DNA of 64,000 nt from Clostridiaceae bacterium (GTDB lineage Bacteria > Bacillota > Clostridia > CAYPLH01 > DUMO01). The DNA lies in the NCBI GenBank assembly GCA_012839865.1, contig DUMO01000068.1, positions 183 through 64,182 on the forward strand. Reading direction: 5' to 3'. A model generated the notes under the pieces. It searched no databases, was not told where the DNA came from, and saw nothing but the letters and a program-made list of their open reading frames with translations. The translations under genes were made by a program, and so were the position numbers. Shown piece by piece: positions 45,155 through 56,015 of the stretch (within the stretch, counting starts at the first letter, position 1; every line of letters begins with the position of its first letter).

Positions 45155-46626
45155 TGAAAAATAATCCGCTAATTTTTGAACTTGAAAGGCCGGGCAGAAA
45201 GGCTTATTCCCTGCCGGATTGCGATGTACCTGTCAGTGATATGGCCACACTTGTACCTTCGGAGTACCTGAGAAAATCAGAACCGGCACTTCCTGAAGTG
45301 AGTGAGGTAGATGTTGTAAGACATTATACAAACCTGTCCCGCAGGAACCATGGTGTGGATTCCGGTTTTTACCCCCTGGGCTCCTGCACGATGAAATATA
45401 ACCCCAAGATTAATGAGGATGTTTCAAAGCTTCCGGGCTTTACAAGCATACATCCCTACCAGGATGAAAGCCTGGTCCAGGGTTGCCTTGAGATTTTGCA
45501 CCATACAGGGAACATGCTGAAAGAATGCACCGGCATGGATGCTGTTTCACTGCAGCCTGCAGCCGGAGCCCACGGAGAACTGACGGGGCTTATGATTATC
45601 AAGGCTTACCATGAAAGCCGGGGCGACAAGAACAGAAATATAATTATTGTTCCGGATTCTGCTCATGGCACCAATCCTGCCTCTGCTGCGGCAGCAGGAT
45701 TCAGTGTTGTGGAGGTAAAATCCAATGAGCGGGGGAATGTGGATATTGAAGCCCTTCGCAGCCTTATGAGCGATAAAGTGGCCGGGTTGATGCTTACAAA
45801 TCCAAACACACTGGGGCTTTTTGAAGAGGAAATTGAAGAAATTGCCGGGATGGTGCATGAAGCGGGAGGACTTCTATACTATGACGGCGCAAATGCCAAT
45901 GCCATAATGGGAATTTCCAGACCAGGGGATATGGGGTTTGATGTTGTACATCTCAACCTGCACAAGACCTTTGGAACGCCTCACGGAGGCGGAGGTCCGG
46001 GGGCCGGTCCTGTAGGGGTGAAAGAAAAACTTGCTCCATTTTTGCCGGTACCTGTTGTGGAATACAAAGATGGCAAGTATTGCCTTGATTATGACAGACC
46101 CCTTTCCATAGGCCGTGTAAAATCCTTTTACGGCAACTTTAGTGTTGTCTTGAAAGCATATGCCTATATTAAGGCAATTGGGGCCAAAGGCCTTAAAGAA
46201 GCTTCCGAGGGCGCGGTGCTGAATGCCAATTATATTATGTCAAAGCTTAAGAAGCATTATGATTTGCCCTTTGACAGAAAATGCATGCATGAATTTGTTT
46301 TGTCAGGCCGCAAGCAGGCGGCAAATGGCGTATCAACCCTTGACATTGCCAAAAGGCTGTTGGATTTTGGTTATCACCCTCCCACAATATATTTCCCTTT
46401 GATAGTTAAAGAGGCTTTGATGATAGAGCCTACCGAGACTGAAAGCCGCGAAACCCTGGACGGTTTTATTGAAACCATGATTCAAATAGCAAAAGAAGCG
46501 GAGGAAACTCCCGAAAAGGTTAAGGGGGCGCCATACAAGACGGTGGTTGTCAGACTGGATGAGGCCGGTGCCGCCAGAAATCCTGTATTAAGGTGGCGAG
46601 GAAAGGAAGATGACATTTGTCAGTAG
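45154..46626 (+). CDS. gcvPB: Glycine dehydrogenase (decarboxylating) subunit 2 (P-protein beta, PLP-binding)
   Basis: 490 aa. PLP-lysine region [16 protein letters not shown]. Confidence 0.9.
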   Translation: MKNNPLIFELERPGRKAYSLPDCDVPVSDMATLVPSEYLRKSEPALPEVSEVDVVRHYTNLSRRNHGVDSGFYPLGSCTMKYNPKINEDVSKLPGFTSIHPYQDESLVQGCLEILHHTGNMLKECTGMDAVSLQPAAGAHGELTGLMIIKAYHESRGDKNRNIIIVPDSAHGTNPASAAAAGFSVVEVKSNERGNVDIEALRSLMSDKVAGLMLTNPNTLGLFEEEIEEIAGMVHEAGGLLYYDGANANAIMGISRPGDMGFDVVHLNLHKTFGTPHGGGGPGAGPVGVKEKLAPFLPVPVVEYKDGKYCLDYDRPLSIGRVKSFYGNFSVVLKAYAYIKAIGAKGLKEASEGAVLNANYIMSKLKKHYDLPFDRKCMHEFVLSGRKQAANGVSTLDIAKRLLDFGYHPPTIYFPLIVKEALMIEPTETESRETLDGFIETMIQIAKEAEETPEKVKGAPYKTVVVRLDEAGAARNPVLRWRGKEDDICQ

Positions 46627-47777
46627 TCTCAATTGCAAGGTGCAGTGAATATAGTGACCGGGAATTGGACGCCGCGCTGTTAAGAGTGTTTGATAAGCTT
46701 GGAGGGGTGGAAAAGTATGTAAAGCCGGGGATGAAGGTTGTATTAAAACCCAACCTTGTAGTCGGCAGAAAACCGGAAGATGCTGCAACCACCCATCCCA
46801 GGTTTGTTGGTGCGGTCGCCCGGCTGCTTAAAAAATACGGAGCGTCCGTAATACTTGCTGAAAGCCCTGGGGGATTGTACCTGCCCCGCATGTTGAAAAG
46901 CATATATAACCGTTGCGGAATGACTGAAATGGCGGAGAAGGAAGGCGTTACATTGAATTTTGACATTGGTGAAGCAGAGGTCGACAATCCCGATGGTGAG
47001 CTGCTGAAAAGGCTGTCAATAATAAGGCCGGTAGCCGAGGCAGACCTGGTGATAAACCTTCCCAAACTCAAATCTCACGGTCAAATGGTCTATACGGGAG
47101 CAGTCAAAAATATGTTTGGAGTTATTGCCGGGGAGCAAAAGGCATTATATCATTTCAATATGTCGGACTACACAAATTTCGCCAATGCATTGATTGATAT
47201 TTTTCTTTCGGTCAAGCCGGGGCTTAGCATAATGGATGCTGTCATAGGAATGGATGGAGCAGGTCCTTCGTCGGGAGATCCTTTTAAAACAGGACTGGTA
47301 ATTGGCAGTGAAAATGCCTTCGAGCTGGATTACACAGCCCTTAAGATTATCGGGGCTGATCCCATGAAAGTCCCTGTCATAAGGCAAGCTGTAAAAAGAG
47401 GACTTTGCCCTGATGATATAAGCAGGATTGAGGTTAAAGGCGAGAGGCTTGAAGATGTAAGGGTGGAAAATTTCAAAATTCCTGCAATCCACAATATGAG
47501 GACCATTTTATTTTATGAGAATAGTTTTTTAAAATTTTTCGCCGGTAAATTCAAGTCAAGGCCTGTGTTCAGGAAAGATATCTGCAATGGCTGCCAAAAA
47601 TGTGGAAAGGTATGCCCTGCAAAAGTCATAGGCTTTAAGAATAATAAACCGGAAGTTAACCTTGAGAAATGCATAAGATGTTTTTGCTGTCAGGAATTGT
47701 GTCCGAACAAGGCAATTTTATTGAAAGAACCCTATATAATGAAATTATTGTCGAAGAGGAGAAAAATTCTTAAATAA
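46617..47777 (+). CDS. DUF362-domain protein with C-terminal 2x[4Fe-4S] ferredoxin domain
   Basis: TTG start after GGAAAGGAAG, overlapping the gcvPB stop by 10 nt. DUF362 core (VLKPNLVVG...LPKLKSHG). C-terminal [12 protein letters not shown] and [12 protein letters not shown] clusters. Confidence 0.68.
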   Translation: MSVVSIARCSEYSDRELDAALLRVFDKLGGVEKYVKPGMKVVLKPNLVVGRKPEDAATTHPRFVGAVARLLKKYGASVILAESPGGLYLPRMLKSIYNRCGMTEMAEKEGVTLNFDIGEAEVDNPDGELLKRLSIIRPVAEADLVINLPKLKSHGQMVYTGAVKNMFGVIAGEQKALYHFNMSDYTNFANALIDIFLSVKPGLSIMDAVIGMDGAGPSSGDPFKTGLVIGSENAFELDYTALKIIGADPMKVPVIRQAVKRGLCPDDISRIEVKGERLEDVRVENFKIPAIHNMRTILFYENSFLKFFAGKFKSRPVFRKDICNGCQKCGKVCPAKVIGFKNNKPEVNLEKCIRCFCCQELCPNKAILLKEPYIMKLLSKRRKILK

Positions 47778-47887
47778 AGAAAGATTTTTAGGACATTTTG
47801 AGAAAATTGTGGTAAAATTGTTTCATATAAAAGTCAGAGAATGATTCATATGCTATAAGAGTTATGAATGCATAAAGGTGGTAAGAA

Positions 47888-48355
47888 ATGAAGGTAGAAT
47901 ACATAAATCCGTTTATTGAAGCCAGTCAATCTGTTTTGAAGCAGATGACCGGAGTTGAAGCAAAGTTAAAAAAAGTATTTTTAAAAACATCGCCTTATGA
48001 CAGTGATTCAGTTGTATGCATACTTGGGGTTACCGGAAAAATTCGCGGCCAGGTTTTGCTTTCCATGAGCCATGAGTCAGCTTTAAAGGTTGCTTCAACC
48101 ATGATGGGTGGTATTGAATTAACAGCTCTGGATGATGTGGCAAAGAGTGCTGTTGCAGAACTTTCAAACATGATTCTCGGAAATACTGCTACAATTTTAT
48201 ATAACAGGGGTATAAAAATAGAAATTACTCCACCGTCCATAGTAGTCGGTGAGAAAATACAGATCTCACTGGAAAAAGTAAAAACAATCTGTATTCCATT
48301 ATCTCTTGGCGATGGGGTTGAACTGAGTATTGACGTTGCAGCAGAAGAAAGCTGA
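47888..48355 (+). CDS. CheX/CheC-family chemotaxis phosphatase-like protein (orphan)
   Basis: 155 aa. N-terminal INPFIEASQSVLKQMTG plus internal ELSNMILGN, typical of CheX-like folds. No other che genes nearby. Confidence 0.55.
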   Translation: MKVEYINPFIEASQSVLKQMTGVEAKLKKVFLKTSPYDSDSVVCILGVTGKIRGQVLLSMSHESALKVASTMMGGIELTALDDVAKSAVAELSNMILGNTATILYNRGIKIEITPPSIVVGEKIQISLEKVKTICIPLSLGDGVELSIDVAAEES

Positions 48356-48504
48356 GATTCGTTTATCACAAAACTGTGGCATAGAATACCTTGAATTTAT
48401 AAAAATACTGAGAGAGGGTTATTATACCGGCTTCATGTGGATGCAAGGTCAAGTCATGACATGACTTTTTGTCGCAATTGCGGTTCCATGGGGAGGGATT
48501 TTTA

Positions 48505-48999
48505 TTGGCATTCAATATAGTACTGGTGGAACCTGAGATACCTCAGAATACTGGAAATATCGCAAGAACCTGTGCTGCAACGGGTTCAACATTGTATCTT
48601 GTAAAGCCATTGGGTTTTTCGGTGGATGACAAACATTTGAAAAGAGCCGGGCTTGACTATTGGAAGGACGTCAATATTGTGTATGTGGATTCGTTGCAGG
48701 AATTATTGGACACCTATAAGAACTGCAGCTTTTATTTTTTGTCGACTAAAGGCATTAAACCATACAGTGATGTAAAATATAAGGATATGGATTTCCTTGT
48801 TTTCGGCAAGGAAACAGCAGGGCTCCCTGAGGAATTGCTTCTGGAACATAAGGAGGAATGCATAAGAATTCCCATGGCGGAGGGGATTCGATCCTTAAAT
48901 CTTTCAAATTCTGTTGCAATTGTTTTGTATGAAGCAATAAGGCAAACAGGATTTTCAGGGCTTGAACGAAAAGGCGAGCTTACAAAATACAAATGGTAA
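48505..48999 (+). CDS. trmL: tRNA (cytidine/uridine-2'-O)-methyltransferase TrmL (SpoU/TrmH family)
   Basis: TTG start after GGGAGGGA gives LAFNIVLVEPEIPQNTGNIARTCAATG, matching the TrmL N-terminus. SPOUT knot motifs follow. The ORF is open from 48469. Confidence 0.78.
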   Translation: MAFNIVLVEPEIPQNTGNIARTCAATGSTLYLVKPLGFSVDDKHLKRAGLDYWKDVNIVYVDSLQELLDTYKNCSFYFLSTKGIKPYSDVKYKDMDFLVFGKETAGLPEELLLEHKEECIRIPMAEGIRSLNLSNSVAIVLYEAIRQTGFSGLERKGELTKYKW

Positions 49000-49025
49000 T
49001 TATCAATAAATACCGGAGGTGCTTT

Positions 49026-50147
49026 ATGATAAACAGGGACAGAATGGTCAAGGAATTTTGCGAACTGGTGGCAATTGACAGTTTATCGCTAAAGGAAAGG
49101 GAAATGGCTGATTTACTGAAAACAAAGATGGCCGATCTAGGATTTGAAGTGTATGAGGATGACGCAGGTAAAAAGGCCGGCGGGAATGCGGGCAATCTGA
49201 TATGCCGTCATAAAGGCAGGGAAAATGTTCCGTCCATTCTTTTCATGGCCCATATGGATACAGTTGTTCCAGGGTTGGGGAAAAAAGCGATTGTTGACGG
49301 AGACTACATTAAAAGCGACGGGACTACAATACTCGGTGCTGATGACCTTTCCGGGGTTGAGATCATACTTGAAGCCATAAGATCAATAAAGGAAGACAAC
49401 GTTGAACACGGAGACATTGAAGTTGTATTTTCAATAGCTGAAGAATTGGGCTTGGTTGGAGCAAGGAATCTGGACTTCTCAAAAATAAACTCAAAATTCG
49501 GGTATGTATTGGATTCAGGCAGCAAAGGCAGTGTTGTGGTAGGATCTCCGTTTCAGGATGTTTATGATATAACCGTGTATGGAAAGGCTTCCCATGCGGG
49601 GGTTGAGCCTGAAAAGGGCATAAACGCCATTGTAATAGCTTCAGAAGCCATTGCCGGTATGAAGCTGGGCCGGGTTGACGAGGAGACTACGGCTAATGTC
49701 GGCGCAATAAGCGGAGGCCAGGCAACAAACATAGTTTGTGACCGGGTGAATATAAAAGCAGAAGCCAGAAGCAGAAATGAAGCAAAACTTATAGAGCAGG
49801 CAGAGCATATGAAGCAATGCTTTTTGGATGCAGCGAAAAAGCATGGAGGAAATGTTGACTTTAAGGCCGAAAGACATTATGCAGGGTATAAAATAATGAA
49901 AGACGATCCTGCTCTGAAATTGTATGAAGAAGCCTCCAAAATGGCCGGTGCGGAAGTAAACCCCATATCAATGAACGGAGGCAGTGATGCCAATATAATG
50001 AATGAAAAAGGGATCCGCACATTAAACATCAGCATGGGCGCAGAACAATACCATACAGTGAATGAAGTTGCCGATATAAAAGAAATGATAAAGATGGCGG
50101 GCATACTGGTGAACATTGTAAGACTGGTAGCCCAGGGAGGAATGTAA
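49026..50147 (+). CDS. M20-family metallopeptidase (peptidase T-like)
   Basis: HMDTVVPG metal-binding motif, GADD, and an EEXG-like region (IAEELG). The ATG at 49026 follows RBS GGAGGTG. Confidence 0.68.
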   Translation: MINRDRMVKEFCELVAIDSLSLKEREMADLLKTKMADLGFEVYEDDAGKKAGGNAGNLICRHKGRENVPSILFMAHMDTVVPGLGKKAIVDGDYIKSDGTTILGADDLSGVEIILEAIRSIKEDNVEHGDIEVVFSIAEELGLVGARNLDFSKINSKFGYVLDSGSKGSVVVGSPFQDVYDITVYGKASHAGVEPEKGINAIVIASEAIAGMKLGRVDEETTANVGAISGGQATNIVCDRVNIKAEARSRNEAKLIEQAEHMKQCFLDAAKKHGGNVDFKAERHYAGYKIMKDDPALKLYEEASKMAGAEVNPISMNGGSDANIMNEKGIRTLNISMGAEQYHTVNEVADIKEMIKMAGILVNIVRLVAQGGM

Positions 50148-50148
50148 C

Positions 50149-51234
50149 ATGACAAAGCGCATCGGAGTGCTTACAGGCGGAGGTGATTGCCCCGGCCTGA
50201 ATGCGGTTTTAAGAGCTGTTGTTAAAACCGCCATCTTTAAATACAACTATGAGGTTATAGGTTTTAAGGATGGTTACAGAGGACTTGTAATGAATGATTT
50301 CATCCGCTTTAATTACAATGATGTTTCTGGCATTCTTGACAAAGGCGGAACAATATTGGGAACTTCCAATAAGGACAATCCCTTCAACTTCAAGGTTGAA
50401 AGGAACAATAAAGTGGAGTATGTGGACCTTTCGGACAGGGTAATTGACAACCTGCATATGCACGGAATTGAATACATGGTGTTTATAGGCGGGGACGGAA
50501 CCCTTACGAGTGCAAGGGATTTGGCCAGGAAGGGAGTTAAGGCGATTGGAGTGCCCAAAACCATAGATAATGATCTTTCGGGAACTGATAAAACTTTTGG
50601 ATATATGACGGCTGTGGATACGGCAACCGAGGCTATAGACAAGTTGCATTCCACCGCCGAATCCCACCACAGGGTCATGATTCTTGAAGTAATGGGCAGG
50701 TATGCAGGATGGATTGCACTGGAGTCCGGCATAGCAGGAGGAGCCGACGTTATTCTCATACCTGAAATACCCTATGATATTGAAAAGGTATATCAGAAAC
50801 TTCAGGAACGAAAGCGCCGGGGCAAGCACTTCAGCATTGTTGTTGTTGCAGAAGGGGCAAAGCCAAAGGATGGCGAAATGGTAATAAACAAAATTGTAGA
50901 AGGCAGTCCGGAACCTATCAGGCTGGGAGGCATAGGAGACAAGCTTGCTGATGACCTTGAGAGGATATATGGACTTGAGACCCGCGTTACTGTTCTTGGA
51001 CACCTGCAGAGGGGCGGGAGACCCAACCCATACGACCGCATTCTCTCCACCAGATTTGGTGTGAAGGCGGTGGAACTGATATGCAAGGGTGAGCATGGCG
51101 TTATGGTTTGCCTGAATGGCGACAAAATTAGTACCATTCCGCTTGAGGATGCAGTTAATAAATTGAAGACTGTTCCCGTTGACGGGGAGCTGGTAAATAT
51201 AGCAAGAGCTATAGGGCTTTGCTTCGGGGATTAG
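50149..51234 (+). CDS. pfk: 6-phosphofructokinase (PFK-A family; cofactor specificity ambiguous)
   Basis: GGDCPGLNAV, FIGGDGTLTSA, GVPKTIDND and MGR motifs. 361 aa. Gly at the 104-equivalent position but Lys at the 124-equivalent. Confidence 0.88.
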   Translation: MTKRIGVLTGGGDCPGLNAVLRAVVKTAIFKYNYEVIGFKDGYRGLVMNDFIRFNYNDVSGILDKGGTILGTSNKDNPFNFKVERNNKVEYVDLSDRVIDNLHMHGIEYMVFIGGDGTLTSARDLARKGVKAIGVPKTIDNDLSGTDKTFGYMTAVDTATEAIDKLHSTAESHHRVMILEVMGRYAGWIALESGIAGGADVILIPEIPYDIEKVYQKLQERKRRGKHFSIVVVAEGAKPKDGEMVINKIVEGSPEPIRLGGIGDKLADDLERIYGLETRVTVLGHLQRGGRPNPYDRILSTRFGVKAVELICKGEHGVMVCLNGDKISTIPLEDAVNKLKTVPVDGELVNIARAIGLCFGD

Positions 51235-51396
51235 ACTATATCATATGGAGGCCGGATTGGCCGGTATCCTGCCGGGTAAGGCAGAAAACCGTTTAAAGTT
51301 TCCAACAGGCGGGAATATATCAGATTATAAAGCTGAATGCATCACCCGTTAGAACAGGTATTGTCTGCCTGCCGGGAACATAATGGATTTTAGGAG

Positions 51397-52308
51397 TTGA
51401 TTACTGATAAAATGGAGTTATCCAGAATAGAGATAGACCATAAACCAATTTTTGATAAATATTTTAAAAGCTATAACCCTCAAATTTCTGAGTTTACCTT
51501 TACAAATTTATTCATATGGAGAGACTTCTATAATTTAAGTTTCACCGAATTGAACGGTTTTTTGGTGATTATAGCCGAGCCTTATAAGGAAGCCCCCTTT
51601 TCTTTCATGTTTGTCGGCGACTCAGGCGGCGATGCATTTTATGAAACGTATTGCAGGGTCGGGGAGTATTTTAAGAGCAAAGGCTGGAGACTGAAATTCG
51701 AAAGAGTTGATGAACAATTCCTGGAACTGCTCCGTAAATATTCAAAGGATGAACTTGAATTTTACCTTGACGATAAAAACAGTGACTATGTTTATCTGAC
51801 GGAAAATCTCATCAGCTTGAGGGGTAAAAAACTGCATGGACAGAAAAACCATGTCAACCGGTTTCTCAAGGAGTATGAGAATGAATATATACCGCTTACA
51901 GTGGAGCATGTGGATGAGTGCCTGAGAATAATGGAAGAGTGGTGTGCCGAGAAATACTGCCACTGCAGCAGGGGGCCATACTGTGAAAAGCATGCCAATG
52001 CAGAGCTTCTTAAAAATTGGGAAGTGTTGGGCTGCAAAGGCGCTCTTATAAAAGTTAACGGCAAATTCAAGGCATATACCATAGGTGAAATGTTGAATAC
52101 CGATACTGCGGTTATACATATTGAGAAGGCGGATTCAAAGGTAAACGGCCTGTATTCGTTTATAAACCAGCAGTTTTGCAAAAATGAGTTTTCCAATGTT
52201 CCATACGTTAACAGGGAGCAGGACATGGGAGAAGAGGGTTTGCGGAAAGCCAAAAGGTCTTATCACCCTGTAAGGATGGTTGACAAATACATCATTTTGA
52301 AGAAATAA
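51397..52308 (+). CDS. DUF2156-domain protein (phosphatidylglycerol lysyltransferase C-terminal-like fold)
   Basis: 303 aa. FTFTNLFIWRDFY motif. No TM segments. Alternative start at 51412. Confidence 0.55.
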   Translation: MITDKMELSRIEIDHKPIFDKYFKSYNPQISEFTFTNLFIWRDFYNLSFTELNGFLVIIAEPYKEAPFSFMFVGDSGGDAFYETYCRVGEYFKSKGWRLKFERVDEQFLELLRKYSKDELEFYLDDKNSDYVYLTENLISLRGKKLHGQKNHVNRFLKEYENEYIPLTVEHVDECLRIMEEWCAEKYCHCSRGPYCEKHANAELLKNWEVLGCKGALIKVNGKFKAYTIGEMLNTDTAVIHIEKADSKVNGLYSFINQQFCKNEFSNVPYVNREQDMGEEGLRKAKRSYHPVRMVDKYIILKK

Positions 52309-52576
52309 ACGACACCGCTGCATAAAAATACGAAAAAACCGGTGACGGCTGACCTGTTGGCATATCAACAGTTCGATGTACCTTGTTTTTTTAACAGGAA
52401 CCAACATATCCTGTATGTTTTTTGCTGAAACCTGATTTATAACGGATAAAATAGCAACACTGTGGGAAAATAGCATAGAAGGCAGCAGCAGACTTCCCAA
52501 ACAAACATGCAAACATTTTGAATGATGGCAGGGAAATCATACATTGTTAAAAAATTAATTATTTTTTCTTCTGCTA

Positions 52577-52605
52577 TTGAAAAAAATTATGAAATAATAT
52601 ACAAT
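52577..52605 (+). promoter_or_regulatory. SigA-type promoter candidate for the gap glycolytic cluster (TTGAAA-17-TACAAT)
   Basis: TTGAAA at 52577-52582, 17-bp spacer, TACAAT at 52600-52605, about 80 bp upstream of gap. Confidence 0.5.
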
Positions 52606-52659
52606 GTGTATCGTTAAAAGAATAACATGTTTAACAATTTATACAGCCATAGAAATTAA

Positions 52660-53700
<1,041 letters not shown>

Positions 53701-53739
53701 TTCGGAAAGCACATAATTGAAGAAAGAGTATTAGAAGAA

Positions 53740-53771
53740 GGTCCGGGTGAACCTTGAACCGGACCTTTTTT
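53740..53771 (+). terminator. Rho-independent terminator after gap
   Basis: GGTCCGG...CCGGACC stem followed by TTTTTT. Confidence 0.6.
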
Positions 53772-53861
53772 AAGTTATAACAAATATACATCCAACAGAT
53801 GAAAATAGTTGAGCATTATCAGTCCCTGCTTCAATTATAATAAATTAAAGGAGTGTGAAAT

Positions 53862-55799
53862 ATGAGTTTGAATAAGAAGACCATTGAGGATATTAACGTA
53901 AAAGGTAAAAGAGTTATCGTAAGAGTGGACTTTAACGTACCCCAGGATGAAAACGGAAACATTACCGATGATACCAGAATAGTGGCAGCATTGCCAACAA
54001 TAAGTTATCTTCTTGAAAAAAATGCAAAAGTAATCCTGGTATCACATCTAGGCAGACCCAAGAAGGGATTTGAGGAAAAATACAGCATGAAACCCTGCGC
54101 AGAGAGACTCGGCAAGCTTTTGGGCCTGGAGGTGGTCATGGCAAAGGATGTTGTGGGAGAAGATGCAAAGGCTAAAGCTGCTGCTTTAAAAGAGGGCGAA
54201 GTTTTAATGCTTGAAAACGTCCGCTTCCATAAAGAGGAAACCGACAATGATCCGGAGTTTGCAAAGAAGCTTGCAAGTTTGGCGGAAATTTTCGTAAATG
54301 ATGCCTTCGGAACAGCTCACAGAGCCCATGCCTCTACAGCAGGGCTGGCAGACTACCTGCCTGCCGTTTGTGGCTTTTTAATTAAAAAGGAAATTGAAAT
54401 AATGGGCAATGCACTGGCTAATCCAAAGAGACCCTTCGTAGCAATACTGGGTGGCGCCAAGGTTTCCGACAAGATAGGAGTAATTGAGAATCTCCTTAAT
54501 AAGGTTGACACATTAATAATTGGCGGCGGAATGGCATATACCTTTTTGAAAGCAAAGGGATATAAAATCGGGAATTCCATTTGCGAAGAAGATAAAGTCT
54601 TTTTTGCAAAAACCCTTATGGAAAAGGCTGAAGAAAAAGGTGTCAATTTACTGTTGCCTATAGGCAGCATAGTGGGCAAAGAGTTTAAGAATGATACAGA
54701 ATATAAGTATGTTCCTTCAGATGCAATGCCTGATGGCTGGATGGGTATGGATATAGGTTCTTTAACTGTTGAGAGGTTTGCCAAAGAAATAAGAAAAGCC
54801 GGAACGATTGTCTGGAATGGACCGATGGGCGTATTTGAATTCCCCAACTTCGCTTACGGGACAAGAGAAATTGCCAGGGCTATTGCTGAATCCAATGCAA
54901 TTTCAATAATCGGAGGCGGTGATTCGGCCGCAGCTGTTGAGCAGATGGGATTCGCAGACAAGATAACCCATATTTCCACCGGTGGCGGAGCATCCCTTGA
55001 ATTCCTGGAGGGCAAGGAATTACCTGGCATAGCTTGCCTGCTGGACAAAAATCCCCGGAAAAAGATAATTGCAGGCAACTGGAAGATGAATAAGACCCCC
55101 GCCCAGGCCGGGCAGTTTGTTGAGGAATTAAAACCCCTTGTCAAGGATGCCAAGGCTGATGTAGTGGTTTGTGTACCTTTTGTTTGTCTGCCCGATGTTT
55201 TGAAAGCTGCTGATGGCTCAAACATTAAAGTTGGTGCTCAGAATATGCATTGGGAAGACAGCGGAGCATACACAGGAGAAGTTTCCGGTGCCATGTTGGA
55301 AAGTATGGGAGTTGAATACGTAATTATCGGACACTCGGAAAGAAGAGAATACTTTGCCGAGACTGACGATACAGTAAATAAAAAGGTTCATGCGGCCTTC
55401 AAATACAACCTTATACCTATAGTCTGTGTCGGTGAAACCCTCTTGAGAAGAGAGCAGGGTGTAACAGCCGATTTGGTAAGGTACCAGGTTAAAATTGCCT
55501 TGGGAGGCCTCACAAAAGAACAGGTTAAGAAATTAATTATCGCCTATGAACCCATCTGGGCAATAGGTACCGGCAAGAATGCTACAGCTGAGCAGGCAAA
55601 TGAAGTTAATCATATAATCAGGGAAACCATCGGAGAATTGTATGATGAGGAGACTGCTGAGGCTATCAGAATTCAATATGGCGGAAGTGTGAATGCGAAA
55701 AATGCAGCAGAGCTTTTCAGCATGCCTGATATTGACGGAGGCCTTGTGGGTGGAGCAAGCCTTAAAGTTCCGGACTTCGTAACTATTGTAAAAAGCTGA
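53862..55799 (+). CDS. pgk-tpi: Bifunctional phosphoglycerate kinase / triosephosphate isomerase (in-frame PGK-TIM fusion)
   Basis: Single 645-aa ORF. Complete PGK for residues 1 to about 400, ending ...[23 protein letters not shown]. It runs without a stop directly into TIM ([14 protein letters not shown]...), which has no start codon of its own. TIM catalytic motifs [12 protein letters not shown] and the phosphate-loop GGS are present. Confidence 0.88.
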   Translation: MSLNKKTIEDINVKGKRVIVRVDFNVPQDENGNITDDTRIVAALPTISYLLEKNAKVILVSHLGRPKKGFEEKYSMKPCAERLGKLLGLEVVMAKDVVGEDAKAKAAALKEGEVLMLENVRFHKEETDNDPEFAKKLASLAEIFVNDAFGTAHRAHASTAGLADYLPAVCGFLIKKEIEIMGNALANPKRPFVAILGGAKVSDKIGVIENLLNKVDTLIIGGGMAYTFLKAKGYKIGNSICEEDKVFFAKTLMEKAEEKGVNLLLPIGSIVGKEFKNDTEYKYVPSDAMPDGWMGMDIGSLTVERFAKEIRKAGTIVWNGPMGVFEFPNFAYGTREIARAIAESNAISIIGGGDSAAAVEQMGFADKITHISTGGGASLEFLEGKELPGIACLLDKNPRKKIIAGNWKMNKTPAQAGQFVEELKPLVKDAKADVVVCVPFVCLPDVLKAADGSNIKVGAQNMHWEDSGAYTGEVSGAMLESMGVEYVIIGHSERREYFAETDDTVNKKVHAAFKYNLIPIVCVGETLLRREQGVTADLVRYQVKIALGGLTKEQVKKLIIAYEPIWAIGTGKNATAEQANEVNHIIRETIGELYDEETAEAIRIQYGGSVNAKNAAELFSMPDIDGGLVGGASLKVPDFVTIVKS

Positions 55800-56015
55800 T
55801 TGGCGGCCTTGCGGGGTGTGCTTAAGTGTTTTAAAGCAATTAATGCCGGCCATGAGTTTCTCAAAACAGTACTGCACATAGGGAATTTGATACCGGTGAC
55901 GCCTTTTATGGCATTATAAAAGTACTTTTTGAGTAAAGCCATTGATGCCGGCTATGCTTTATTAAGAGGTAAAAATTATACCAGATTGTAATTTAAATAT
56001 GATTGGAGCATTACT

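Noticed and set aside
50209-51096. 295-aa minus-strand ORF within pfk, and 173-aa minus-strand ORF at 46550-47071
   Set aside because: Antisense to strongly conserved pfk and gcvPB/DUF362 genes. No independent support.
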